In this document: positions 18,573 through 26,678 of the stretch, one piece after another
How positions within the stretch are numbered: the first letter of the stretch is position 1
Layout of the letters: each line of letters opens with the position of its first letter
Assembly: GCA_947589435.1 (NCBI GenBank)
Contig: CANQBI010000002.1
Coordinates: forward strand, 886 to 64,885
Direction: 5' to 3'
DNA: 64,000 nt
From: an uncultured Bacilli bacterium
GTDB taxonomy: Bacteria > Bacillota_I > Bacilli_A > RF39 > UBA660
Program-made: the position numbers and the translations under genes
Notes under the pieces: generated by a model
Told to the model about the DNA's origin: nothing
The model's input: only the letters and a program-made list of their open reading frames with translations
The model's database searches: none

Positions 18573-19184
18573 ATGACTTTATTTAGAATAATAAGCACCA
18601 CTCATGCTTATTATAATTATGAGATGGCTCCAGTACCTATATTTACCAGTAAAGTTGGAAACTTTGCTGGTGAAGGAGAAACAGTAAAAGATGGCCCTTT
18701 AAGTGGTAAAAGTACAGATGTTAATGTTATATGGTATACTCAAATGCCAGATAATCCAAAGAAGTATAAAGAGAATAAAGAAGTACCAGTAACAGGATTT
18801 ACATTAAATCAAGATATATCTAATTGTTATCCTAAAAATAATGAAGACGGAACAACATATAATCCAGATTATAAAATAAGTGAAGATGGAACAGTAGATA
18901 TAACAGTATCCGAAACTAAACCAAATCAAATAGTATGTCGATTATATTATGATAGAGATAAGATATCAGATGTAATAGTATATGCTTATATTCAAGACAC
19001 AACTGGTGATAGAGAATATGAAGGAAATAAATATAAAATGAGTAGTACAATACCAACAGGAAAGACATATGTAGGATATAAATGTTCCAATACAAGTGTT
19101 GCCACCAATATAAATTACAATGATACAGATGGATTTACAATAGATACAGATGGACCAAATACATGTTATGCTTATTTTAAGTAA
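18573..19184 (+). CDS. cassette 1 protein A1: secreted protein with TasA/camelysin-like (SipW-type) signal-peptide motif, as annotated lacking most of its signal peptide
   Basis: It is a paralogue of 54608-55324. Shared features are THAYYNYEMAPVPIF..VGNF, two Cys-bracketed modules (..C..-x30-40-..VCRLYYD and ..CSN..-..CYAYF) and the C-terminus GPNTCYAYFK. The homologous N-terminal residues EKYNNLKYKREITYIILGLFV lie upstream of the first ATG. Confidence 0.6.
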   Translation: MTLFRIISTTHAYYNYEMAPVPIFTSKVGNFAGEGETVKDGPLSGKSTDVNVIWYTQMPDNPKKYKENKEVPVTGFTLNQDISNCYPKNNEDGTTYNPDYKISEDGTVDITVSETKPNQIVCRLYYDRDKISDVIVYAYIQDTTGDREYEGNKYKMSSTIPTGKTYVGYKCSNTSVATNINYNDTDGFTIDTDGPNTCYAYFK

Positions 19185-19197
19185 GGAGTGAAAATAT

Positions 19198-20439
19198 ATG
19201 AAAAAGAAAATAATCTTAAAATTAATAGTTATATTAATAACAATAGGAATAATCTATGAAGGGTATGGGATGATAAAAGAATTTAAAAAATCAAATAAAG
19301 TTTTAGAGGACATTAAAACAATAGATGTATTCAGTAAGAAAGATAAATCACTAGCTATAATGATACAAAATGATGGAATAAGCGCAGATGAAACAGAATA
19401 TGGCTGGCATGAGGCAGAAGATAGAAGTAAATGGCCAGATAAAAATACCTACACATATGCAGGAGCCGAGTGTACTGATAGTGAAGGAGTAAGTGTGCCA
19501 AGTAAAAATATTTTGTCATTTGATGAAACAACATATACAGCACACATTAAAACAAAACAAACCATATATTGTACGCTATACTTTGGAAAAGGAAGACATG
19601 CATTAGAAACATTAGACGCTCAAGGAGGACAATATTATGCAAATGGAAATAATACAGCAGTAGAAGGATTATATAGATTTAAAGGGACATATAGTCAAGT
19701 AACAAATAACTTTATCTGTATAGGAGGACCAAAAAACCCCGAAACATGCGGAAGTGTCGAAGGAAACAAATACTTATATAGAATAATAGGAGTAACAGAT
19801 GGGACCGAAGCAGCAGAAAGTAATTCATTAGGATTAGATAAAGGAATGCTAAAAGTAATAAAAGTCATACCATCAAGTACAAACCAAAAATGGGCTTCTT
19901 CTTCTAATAAATATGATAATTTCACATGGGACTATGAGCCTAGTTCTCAGACAACTGGAGCAATGGCGAGATGGACATTAAATAATACATTCTATAATGG
20001 ATTAGGAGGAGAAAAAAATTTAATAAAAGAGGTATATTGGTGGAAAGGAGATAGAAATAATGCACCATCAAGTGGAGCTGAAGCAAAAACAAGAACAAGT
20101 GAAAAATATTCAATAGGCTTAATGTATGCAAGTGATTATTATAATTCATGGACATATCCAACAGCCTCTTATGGGATTCACAACGATAGTTGGCTTCACC
20201 TTTCTCGAACTATGAGTGGAAAAACAAATACATATCAATCTAAATATGAATGGACCATGACCAGAGGTGGAGAAACCGTTTCTAGTATAATTGATGGTGA
20301 TGGTTTTGTATCCTATATAGATCTTACTTATTCGACTATAGTTCGCCCAGTATTTTATCTAAAATCAGATGTTGCTATAATGGGATTTGGAACAGAACAA
20401 AGTCCATACATAATAACATCTCCTCTAATAAATAATTAA
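19198..20439 (+). CDS. cassette 1 protein B1: membrane-anchored surface protein
   Basis: The RBS is AAGGAG. The N-terminal TM is ILKLIVILITIGIIY, followed by one Cys-bracketed module (AECTD...IYCTLYFGKG). The C-terminal domain carries LYRIIGV, GLMYASDY, SWLHLS, VRPVFYL...GFGTEQSPYIITS. By eye about half the residues are identical to B2. Confidence 0.7.
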   Translation: MKKKIILKLIVILITIGIIYEGYGMIKEFKKSNKVLEDIKTIDVFSKKDKSLAIMIQNDGISADETEYGWHEAEDRSKWPDKNTYTYAGAECTDSEGVSVPSKNILSFDETTYTAHIKTKQTIYCTLYFGKGRHALETLDAQGGQYYANGNNTAVEGLYRFKGTYSQVTNNFICIGGPKNPETCGSVEGNKYLYRIIGVTDGTEAAESNSLGLDKGMLKVIKVIPSSTNQKWASSSNKYDNFTWDYEPSSQTTGAMARWTLNNTFYNGLGGEKNLIKEVYWWKGDRNNAPSSGAEAKTRTSEKYSIGLMYASDYYNSWTYPTASYGIHNDSWLHLSRTMSGKTNTYQSKYEWTMTRGGETVSSIIDGDGFVSYIDLTYSTIVRPVFYLKSDVAIMGFGTEQSPYIITSPLINN

Positions 20440-20447
20440 TTGCATAT

Positions 20448-20484
20448 AAAAAGATATTTAAGTGTTTAGCCTAAATATCTTTTT
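20448..20484. terminator. bidirectional terminator between cassette 1 and lexA
   Basis: The stem AAAAAGATATTTA / TAAATATCTTTTT has A/T runs on both sides. Confidence 0.7.
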
Positions 20485-20503
20485 GGCTGTTTTAAATTAT
20501 TAA

Positions 20504-21127
20504 TTAGAACTTACGATATAATCCAATGGCTTTTCCTAAGATAACACAATTATCTAATATAATTGGGTCCATGGTATCGTTTTCTGGTTGTAATCTAATA
20601 TGGCCATTTTCTTTATAGAAGGTTTTAATTGTGGCTTCCCCTTCCATAGTCATAGCCACTACGATATCACCATTTCTTGCTGTGCTTTGTCTTTCGACAA
20701 TAACATAATCGCCATCATAAATACCGGCATTAATCATACTTTCACCACTTACATGAAGAGTGAATATTGTGGCTGCAGCTGGTACTAAGGATGCGGGAAT
20801 CTTAAAGAACTCGTTTGGTTGTTCAATGGCTGTAATTGGACTACCTGCTGTTACTTTACCAAGAAGAGGTACTTTAATAACATCTTCATTAACTGGTAGA
20901 TATTCATTTTCACATAAAATTTCGATTGTTCTAAACTTATTACTTGTTGTTTTAATATAACCTAGATTCTCTAAGTTTTTTAAATGAACAAATACCGTCG
21001 CAGGACTACTTAAGCCAACTCCTTTACAAATTTCTCTAATTGCAGGTGGGTATCCATGTTCTGCTGTGTATTTTTTAATAAATTCTAAAATGTCATTTTG
21101 TCTTGGTGTAAGTTCTGGTATTGTCAT
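20504..21127 (-). CDS. lexA: SOS repressor LexA
   Basis: The N-terminal wHTH is LTPRQNDILEFIKKYTAEHGYPPAIREI. The cleavage site is VTAGSP. The catalytic residues are the Ser in VSGESM and the Lys in EATIKTF. Confidence 0.95.
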   Translation of the reverse strand: MTIPELTPRQNDILEFIKKYTAEHGYPPAIREICKGVGLSSPATVFVHLKNLENLGYIKTTSNKFRTIEILCENEYLPVNEDVIKVPLLGKVTAGSPITAIEQPNEFFKIPASLVPAAATIFTLHVSGESMINAGIYDGDYVIVERQSTARNGDIVVAMTMEGEATIKTFYKENGHIRLQPENDTMDPIILDNCVILGKAIGLYRKF

Positions 21128-21150
21128 AAAATTATCATCTCCTTAAAATA

Positions 21151-21179
21151 ATTTTACAACAATAGTTAAAAAATGTCAA
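21151..21179 (-). promoter_or_regulatory. lexA promoter
   Basis: On the minus strand: TTGACA (21179-21174), 17-nt spacer, TAAAAT (21156-21151), then an AAGGAG RBS. Confidence 0.6.
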
Positions 21180-21190
21180 ACAAATGTTTA
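21177..21190. promoter_or_regulatory. SOS-box-like palindrome CAAACAAATGTTTA
   Basis: It is an AAAC-N4-GTTT variant of the Firmicute GAAC-N4-GTTC Cheo box and abuts the lexA -35 hexamer. Confidence 0.45.
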
Positions 21191-21216
21191 AAATTTATTA
21201 AATTTATTTTTTGCTC

Positions 21217-21245
21217 TTGATTACAAACTTATGTTTTGGTATTAT
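21217..21245 (+). promoter_or_regulatory. divergent promoter with a second SOS-box-like site in its spacer
   Basis: TTGATT, 17-nt spacer, TGgTATTAT. The spacer contains CAAACTTATGTTTT (21224-21237). Confidence 0.45.
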
Positions 21246-21272
21246 TAGTTTAGAAAGAAGGAGTGATATATA

Positions 21273-21413
21273 ATGAAAAAAATGTTAAGTCGTTTTGGAG
21301 GACTAATCTTATTTTACAGCGTAATTGTTTTAGGAGTATTACTCCTGGAGGTAAGATTTTCTTATCTTAATGAACTAGCAGATAATAACTATAATGTAAC
21401 AATGAATAAGTAA
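21273..21413 (+). CDS. 46-aa single-pass membrane peptide divergent from lexA (candidate SOS-induced division inhibitor)
   Basis: A strong AAGGAG RBS precedes the ATG. The product is MKKMLSRFGGLILFYSVIVLGVLLLEVRFSYLNELADNNYNVTMNK. It is below the length cut-off of the ORF track. Confidence 0.45.
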   Translation: MKKMLSRFGGLILFYSVIVLGVLLLEVRFSYLNELADNNYNVTMNK

Positions 21414-21466
21414 ATTCATTGTTTTATTTTGCATTTTGTTTTATAATTAATAAGAGGGTAAGAAGT

Positions 21467-22597
21467 ATGAAGAAAAAAGTTCTAGTATTATATGCTCGTT
21501 ATGGTTCAGGTCACGAAGCAATTGCTAAATATGTAGCTAATTATTTAAGTGTAGATAAAAACTTAAATGTTAAACTTTTAGATATTAGCGACTATGGTAA
21601 TTTTTTAGGACGCATTGGTGTTAAAGTAATGGATTTTGTGGGAAAATATCGTCCGGCTTTAATCTTTAATTTTTTCTATGAATTAATGGACCATCGCCTT
21701 ACCACTTTAGCTCACAATCAGTTTGCTAAGAAGAGCTATGATAATGAAACTTTAAGAAATGTTATCGTGGATTATAATCCCGATATTGTTATCTCCACCC
21801 ATTTTTATGCGAGTAACATAATTACTTATTATAAAAAATTAGGTTTAATTAAACCTAAATTATATACGATTATTACGGATTATAGGCCTCATGAATGTTG
21901 GATTAGAAACAAAAATTTAGAAGATGGTTATATTGTTGGTAATAATGTTGTTAAAGAAGAACTAATCGAAAGAGGAGTGGAAAGTAAAAAAATCTATCCA
22001 TTTGGCCTTCCTTTAAATATTGATAAAATAAAGCATCTGGATAAGATAGAAGACATTTATAAAAGATATAATTTAAAGAAAGATAAAAAGATTTATTTAT
22101 TCTTTGGAGGTTCATCTGTTGGTAGCATGTACTACTATGATTATTTTAAAACCATTTGTAAATTAAACTTAGATAAATATATTATCTTTATAAGTGGCAA
22201 GAATGAAAAATTAAGAGTAAAATGCGAAGAATATGTTAATAAAAATAAAATTGATAATGTTTTAGTTTTAGGATATTCCAAAGATGTTTTAAATTTAATG
22301 AAGATAAGTACTCTTGTTATATCCAAACCGGGAGGGGCCACCGTTACGGAATCTTTAGAGATGCGGCTTCCAATGATACTAGTTCCCGGTGTTGGTGGTC
22401 AAGAAAAATATAATGCGAGATTTATAACCAGAAAAAGATATGGTTTAAAAGTTAGAACTGTCTGGGGATTTAAAAGAGTTTTAGAAAGACTAGAAGTAAA
22501 TGATACATTTATAAAAAAGGCCCATGAAAGGTTAAAAAAATTAGATAATAATGAATCAGTAGAAAAAATACATAATTTAATAGTTAGTAAGAGGTAG
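21467..22597 (+). CDS. diacylglycerol glycosyltransferase (MGDG-synthase/UgtP family)
   Basis: The N-terminus KKVLVLYARYGSGHEAIAKYV resembles UgtP (RVLILTANYGNGH). The C-terminus is GT-B like: KPGGATVTESL. The start is set after the AAGAGGG RBS. Confidence 0.65.
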   Translation: MKKKVLVLYARYGSGHEAIAKYVANYLSVDKNLNVKLLDISDYGNFLGRIGVKVMDFVGKYRPALIFNFFYELMDHRLTTLAHNQFAKKSYDNETLRNVIVDYNPDIVISTHFYASNIITYYKKLGLIKPKLYTIITDYRPHECWIRNKNLEDGYIVGNNVVKEELIERGVESKKIYPFGLPLNIDKIKHLDKIEDIYKRYNLKKDKKIYLFFGGSSVGSMYYYDYFKTICKLNLDKYIIFISGKNEKLRVKCEEYVNKNKIDNVLVLGYSKDVLNLMKISTLVISKPGGATVTESLEMRLPMILVPGVGGQEKYNARFITRKRYGLKVRTVWGFKRVLERLEVNDTFIKKAHERLKKLDNNESVEKIHNLIVSKR

Positions 22598-22601
22598 TTT
22601 T

Positions 22602-24548
22602 ATGAGTAAGAAAGATAAGTTAATAATCAATAATTTAAAAATGCTAAGTTTAGATATGATTAGTGAATCTGGTCATGGCAATGTTTTCTTAAATATTGCG
22701 GCATCTAAAGTGTTTTATACTTTGTATTTAAAACATTTGATGTTTGAAATTCATCGTCCTAATTATATTAATAGAGATAGAGTATTAGTTAGTAATGAAT
22801 TTTTACCAACCTATTATGCGGCAAATTATTTATTTACGAGAAACTTAACTATTGATAATTTAAAAGATTTTAAAAGAATGGATAGTCCGACACCGGGAAT
22901 ACTTTCTAGTATTACTCCCGGAGTCCAAGTAGGGGGCATAAATCCTGGAGACATTATTGGTGAAGCTGTCGGTATTTCTTTAGGTAAAAGATACTTAGAT
23001 ACTTTAATTAAAGATGAACTCAAGAAAAATAGTATCCTAGATTTTAAAACTTATTGTATTTGTAAGTTAAGTGATTTAATGAGTGGAACTTCTTATGAAG
23101 CCTTATCTTTTGCCTCAACGGAAGAAGTAAAAGATTTAGTTTATATCGTTATTAATGATGATATAAGTAAAGATAGTAAAACTAGCGAAGTATTTACGGA
23201 AGAATTAATGGACCGATTAATGGCTTTAAATATTGATTTAGATGTTATTAATGATAATTTAAGTGCGATTGACGATGCCATTGATGATGCGAAAAGAAAT
23301 AAAAAAGCGACTGTTATATTAATTAATATTAAAGATAAAGAAGATGATGAGTTCTATACCGATCTTCCTTTAGATAAAGATAATATGGAAGCATTAAGAA
23401 GTGAATATGGTATACCTTCTGCTTTTGCCACCATTGAAGAAGTAAAAGTAGAAGTTAAAGAGGAACTTGCGAAAAGACTTGCGAAACCCCTTAGTAAATG
23501 GCATGAACTAGTGGAAGAATACAGAGAAAATAAAAAGATAAATGAAATAATTGACTTTTTGGAAATTGGACGAGTTAATGTTAATTTTAAAAGTGAAAAC
23601 ATTAAAATAAATGATAGTTATGAAGAAGAATTAATTTTAAGTAATAGTAAAATATTTAATTTAATTGCGGCCAAAAGTCCATTTGTGTTATCCGCTAGTA
23701 ATGATAATTTTTACTATAATAAATGTTTAATTAATAATACTTCTTTTATGAATAAAGAAGAAAAAATGGGTAGAAACATTTTATTTGGCGAAAGGCCTCT
23801 GGCTTTAGGTAGTGTATCTTTAGGTCTTGCTAGTTTAGGTTTCAAAATGTTTGTCTCAACTTCTTTAACATGCGAAAGCGCTATAGAATCATTTATTAAA
23901 ATAGCCAGTTTAAATAATTTAGATATTACTTATGTATTTACCGAAGATACTTTCTTAAATACCTATGCTGAACTTGGTTATCATCCCGTAAATGAAATTA
24001 ATAATTTAAGAAGTATTCCCGGTCTTATTACTTTTAGACCAGCCGATATTAATGAAGTTTTAGGAGTATATGAAATAATCACGAGTCATAAAAAAACAAC
24101 GGCGATTATTGTCGGTAATAGCAATACAAAAAAATTAGAAGATACTAATCCTAAATATGTTTTGGCGGGAGCTTACCGCGTAAGAAGAGAAAGAGAAGAA
24201 GCGAATGCGATTATTATTTCTTCAGGAAGTGAAGTCCCAATTGCTTTGAGACTCGCTACCGAACTTGCTCCTTATGGGATTGACTTTAGAGTTGTATCAA
24301 TGCCTAGTAGTGATTTATTTGCTATGCAAAATGAAAAATATCAAAATATGTTACTGCCTTCAAATGTTAAAACATTTACCTTAGAATATAGTAGTAAAGA
24401 TTTTTGGTATAAGTACGCTACAAGTAAAGAATATATATTAGGAATTGATAAATATGTTCTCGGAGGTACTAAAGAAGAATTATTAAATGCTTATAATCTA
24501 AACATTGATAGTTTAAAAGCTCAAATTATTGAACAAATGAAGAAATAA
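22602..24548 (+). CDS. transketolase homologue with degenerate cofactor-binding and catalytic motifs
   Basis: It is collinear with Tkt over its full length (LSLDMISESGH, NRDR, TPG, FRPADINE, SSGSEV, VVSMPS). However, SAGH is replaced by SNEF, GHPE by GILS, GDGDLMEG by KLSDLMSG, and THDS..GEDGPTHQP by TEDT..YAELGYHP. Confidence 0.75.
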   Translation: MSKKDKLIINNLKMLSLDMISESGHGNVFLNIAASKVFYTLYLKHLMFEIHRPNYINRDRVLVSNEFLPTYYAANYLFTRNLTIDNLKDFKRMDSPTPGILSSITPGVQVGGINPGDIIGEAVGISLGKRYLDTLIKDELKKNSILDFKTYCICKLSDLMSGTSYEALSFASTEEVKDLVYIVINDDISKDSKTSEVFTEELMDRLMALNIDLDVINDNLSAIDDAIDDAKRNKKATVILINIKDKEDDEFYTDLPLDKDNMEALRSEYGIPSAFATIEEVKVEVKEELAKRLAKPLSKWHELVEEYRENKKINEIIDFLEIGRVNVNFKSENIKINDSYEEELILSNSKIFNLIAAKSPFVLSASNDNFYYNKCLINNTSFMNKEEKMGRNILFGERPLALGSVSLGLASLGFKMFVSTSLTCESAIESFIKIASLNNLDITYVFTEDTFLNTYAELGYHPVNEINNLRSIPGLITFRPADINEVLGVYEIITSHKKTTAIIVGNSNTKKLEDTNPKYVLAGAYRVRREREEANAIIISSGSEVPIALRLATELAPYGIDFRVVSMPSSDLFAMQNEKYQNMLLPSNVKTFTLEYSSKDFWYKYATSKEYILGIDKYVLGGTKEELLNAYNLNIDSLKAQIIEQMKK

Positions 24549-24573
24549 TTTTAAATAAAAAATAGCCAAAATT

Positions 24574-24609
24574 AAATACATCTTTTAATGTCAAAAGATG
24601 TATTTTTTT
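24574..24609 (+). terminator. rho-independent terminator
   Basis: The stem AAATACATCTTTT / AAAAGATGTATTT is followed by a T run. Confidence 0.8.
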
Positions 24610-24837
24610 GACATTTATATAACATTTGGTTTTTAGTAAATCAAATGTATATTAAAGTTATATTTTGTGTCAAATTTGACAAATTTATAAATTTTTTTAA
24701 GAAATTTACTCTGAAAAAAAGGAAATTCGAGATTTTTTTACAATAATATAAGTGAAGGGAGGAAAAATAAGCACAAAATCAAAAAGAATAAAAAAGGGTA
24801 AAATATCATTTAAAAAAAGAAAGAAAAGAGGTAAAAA

Positions 24838-25401
24838 ATGAAAACAAAAGAATTTTATGAAATAAGCAAAATAATTGAAAACGAGAAAGCAGATGAAATG
24901 GTTAGAAAGATCGAAAACAATCGAGAAGACTTACATATGAAATGGTCGGTCGGAAAACTAATTCAAGAAATGCAAGAAGAACCTGATTATAATCCAGAGA
25001 TTATAAGTAAATGGTCAAAAAATTTCACTTCAAAGTATGGGAAAAATTACAACGAATTTAATTTGAAATTAATGCAAGAGTTTTATAATACATTTAAAAA
25101 TTGCCCTGTAATATCTGCTCAAGTAAGTTGGCCATATATTTTGGAATTGCTGCCAATAAAAGATGATAACGAAAGGAATTATTATCTTAACAAAATAATT
25201 AAGAATAAAATTTCATTATATAGTCTTTATAAAGAGATAAAAAATGATAGTTTTAATAAATTATCTGAAAATTCTAAAAAGAATATTAAATTATTTGATG
25301 ATATACTTAATTTTTCTTTAGAAACAGGTGAGTCAACTATAGTAATCGAGGGAATGGAAGAAGTAATGGAGGCGATGAGAAAAAACTGTGAAAGTAAATA
25401 A
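24838..25401 (+). CDS. DUF1016 (YhcG) N-terminal-domain protein, lacking the PDDEXK nuclease half
   Basis: The stretch KWSVGKLIQE...KYGKNYNEFNLKLMQEFYNTF...AQVSWPYILELLPIKDDNERNYYL matches the YhcG N-domain pattern. No PD-(D/E)xK motif is present. Confidence 0.5.
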   Translation: MKTKEFYEISKIIENEKADEMVRKIENNREDLHMKWSVGKLIQEMQEEPDYNPEIISKWSKNFTSKYGKNYNEFNLKLMQEFYNTFKNCPVISAQVSWPYILELLPIKDDNERNYYLNKIIKNKISLYSLYKEIKNDSFNKLSENSKKNIKLFDDILNFSLETGESTIVIEGMEEVMEAMRKNCESK

Positions 25402-25414
25402 TTTAATGGTTATG

Positions 25415-25446
25415 GTTAATTTAGCGAAAAACTTCGCTAAATTAAC
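25415..25446. repeat. perfect 14-bp-stem hairpin GTTAATTTAGCGAA aaac TTCGCTAAATTAAC
   Basis: The hairpin was read directly from the sequence. There is no clear T run, so it may be a terminator or a protein-binding site. Confidence 0.8.
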
Positions 25447-25528
25447 ATAATCAATAATTTGTTTATCACTCGACACCATTCGACATTTTATTTGTGAATA
25501 CTATTATATAATGAAGATGGTGATAATT

Positions 25529-25945
25529 ATGCGATGCTTTTATATTTTTAAAATTAACCGGGAAATGACTATTTTAACTAAAGAAACTCCTTATAATTTG
25601 TATAAAACAATTGAAGGACTATATTATTTAGATACTTATGACCTCGGAGCTTCTTATGAAGTATATGATGATTTATTTTTATCCTTTGATCCTATCTATG
25701 TAAATAAAAGAATCTATAATTTGTTTAAAAATAATCGTTATTATAATTATATTGAAAAGAAACATATTATATATAATAAATATCGTGGTGAAGAAAGTAT
25801 TTTAAAAGTTTATCCTAGTCATATTATTTTAAAAAGTAATATTATTAATCCCACTTTACTTTTAAATTATTTAAATAGTGATAATTTATTTGTCTGTGAT
25901 TTTCAAAATAAAGATTATTTTTGGTTAAATGAGTTTGTAAGATAA
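25529..25945 (+). CDS. SirA-like protein (sporulation inhibitor of replication family)
   Basis: The C-terminus NLFVCDFQNKDYFWLNEFV resembles B. subtilis SirA CFLAMDFNSKRYGWLNPV. The size is similar (138 aa). The position after lexA and tkt matches B. subtilis. The start is set after the GATGGTGA RBS. Confidence 0.45.
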   Translation: MRCFYIFKINREMTILTKETPYNLYKTIEGLYYLDTYDLGASYEVYDDLFLSFDPIYVNKRIYNLFKNNRYYNYIEKKHIIYNKYRGEESILKVYPSHIILKSNIINPTLLLNYLNSDNLFVCDFQNKDYFWLNEFVR

Positions 25946-25979
25946 AGATTTATGTGCTAAAATTAAATAGTGGTGAATA

Positions 25980-26612
25980 ATGAAATTTAAGTTGAATGAT
26001 TACATTATTAATTATGAAGTAGTAAGAAAAGATAATAAAAATCTTTATTTTCGTTTTGATGAAAATTGTAATTTAATTATAACAGCGCCCAGATTTATTA
26101 GTGATAAAGAAGTTCAAAATTTAATTATGAAAAATTCAAGTGCGATTTTAAAGATGTATGAGGATGCCTTAGAGCGAAGTAAAAGAGATGAAAAGTTTTG
26201 GTATTTAGGTAAAAGTTATGAAGTTAATTTTGATAACAGGGTAAAAGATATTGAAGTTGGAGAAGATACGATTACTTGTTTTAATGAAGAGGCTCTAGAA
26301 GATTTTTATGCTAAAGAATGTGAAAGAGTATTTAAAGAGGAAATAGATGTTTGTAAAAAGTGTTTTAATAATTTACCGGATTTTGATTTAAAGATAAGAA
26401 GAATGCGGACTAGATGGGGAGTTTGTAATACTAGGAAAAATATTATTACCCTAAATAGTGAGTTACTTAAAAAAGATATATCTTTAATTGATTATGTTAT
26501 AGTTCATGAAATGGCCCATTTTTTTGAGGCTAATCATAGTAAGAATTTCTGGCATATCGTAGAAGAAGTAATACCGGATTATAAGATTAAAAGAAAGAAA
26601 CTTAGATATTAA
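25980..26612 (+). CDS. YgjP-like metal-dependent hydrolase (DUF45/M48 family)
   Basis: Motifs seen: RWGVCN, and HEMAHFFEANHSKNFWHIVEEVIPDY containing HExxH. Confidence 0.75.
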   Translation: MKFKLNDYIINYEVVRKDNKNLYFRFDENCNLIITAPRFISDKEVQNLIMKNSSAILKMYEDALERSKRDEKFWYLGKSYEVNFDNRVKDIEVGEDTITCFNEEALEDFYAKECERVFKEEIDVCKKCFNNLPDFDLKIRRMRTRWGVCNTRKNIITLNSELLKKDISLIDYVIVHEMAHFFEANHSKNFWHIVEEVIPDYKIKRKKLRY

Positions 26613-26678
26613 TAAATACTTATAGATTAATATGGTTATTTCTTGTATTATTAAATTAAAAATAGTATAATAAAGGCT

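Larger units (their letters stand above)
18356..19184 (+). other. composite phase-variable ORF: continuous 275-codon reading frame if the tract is G8 (or G11)
   Basis: The frame of the 18573 ORF is open back to 18420 and contains no ATG/GTG/TTG before 18573. Removing one G joins it to the ATG at 18356. Confidence 0.6.
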
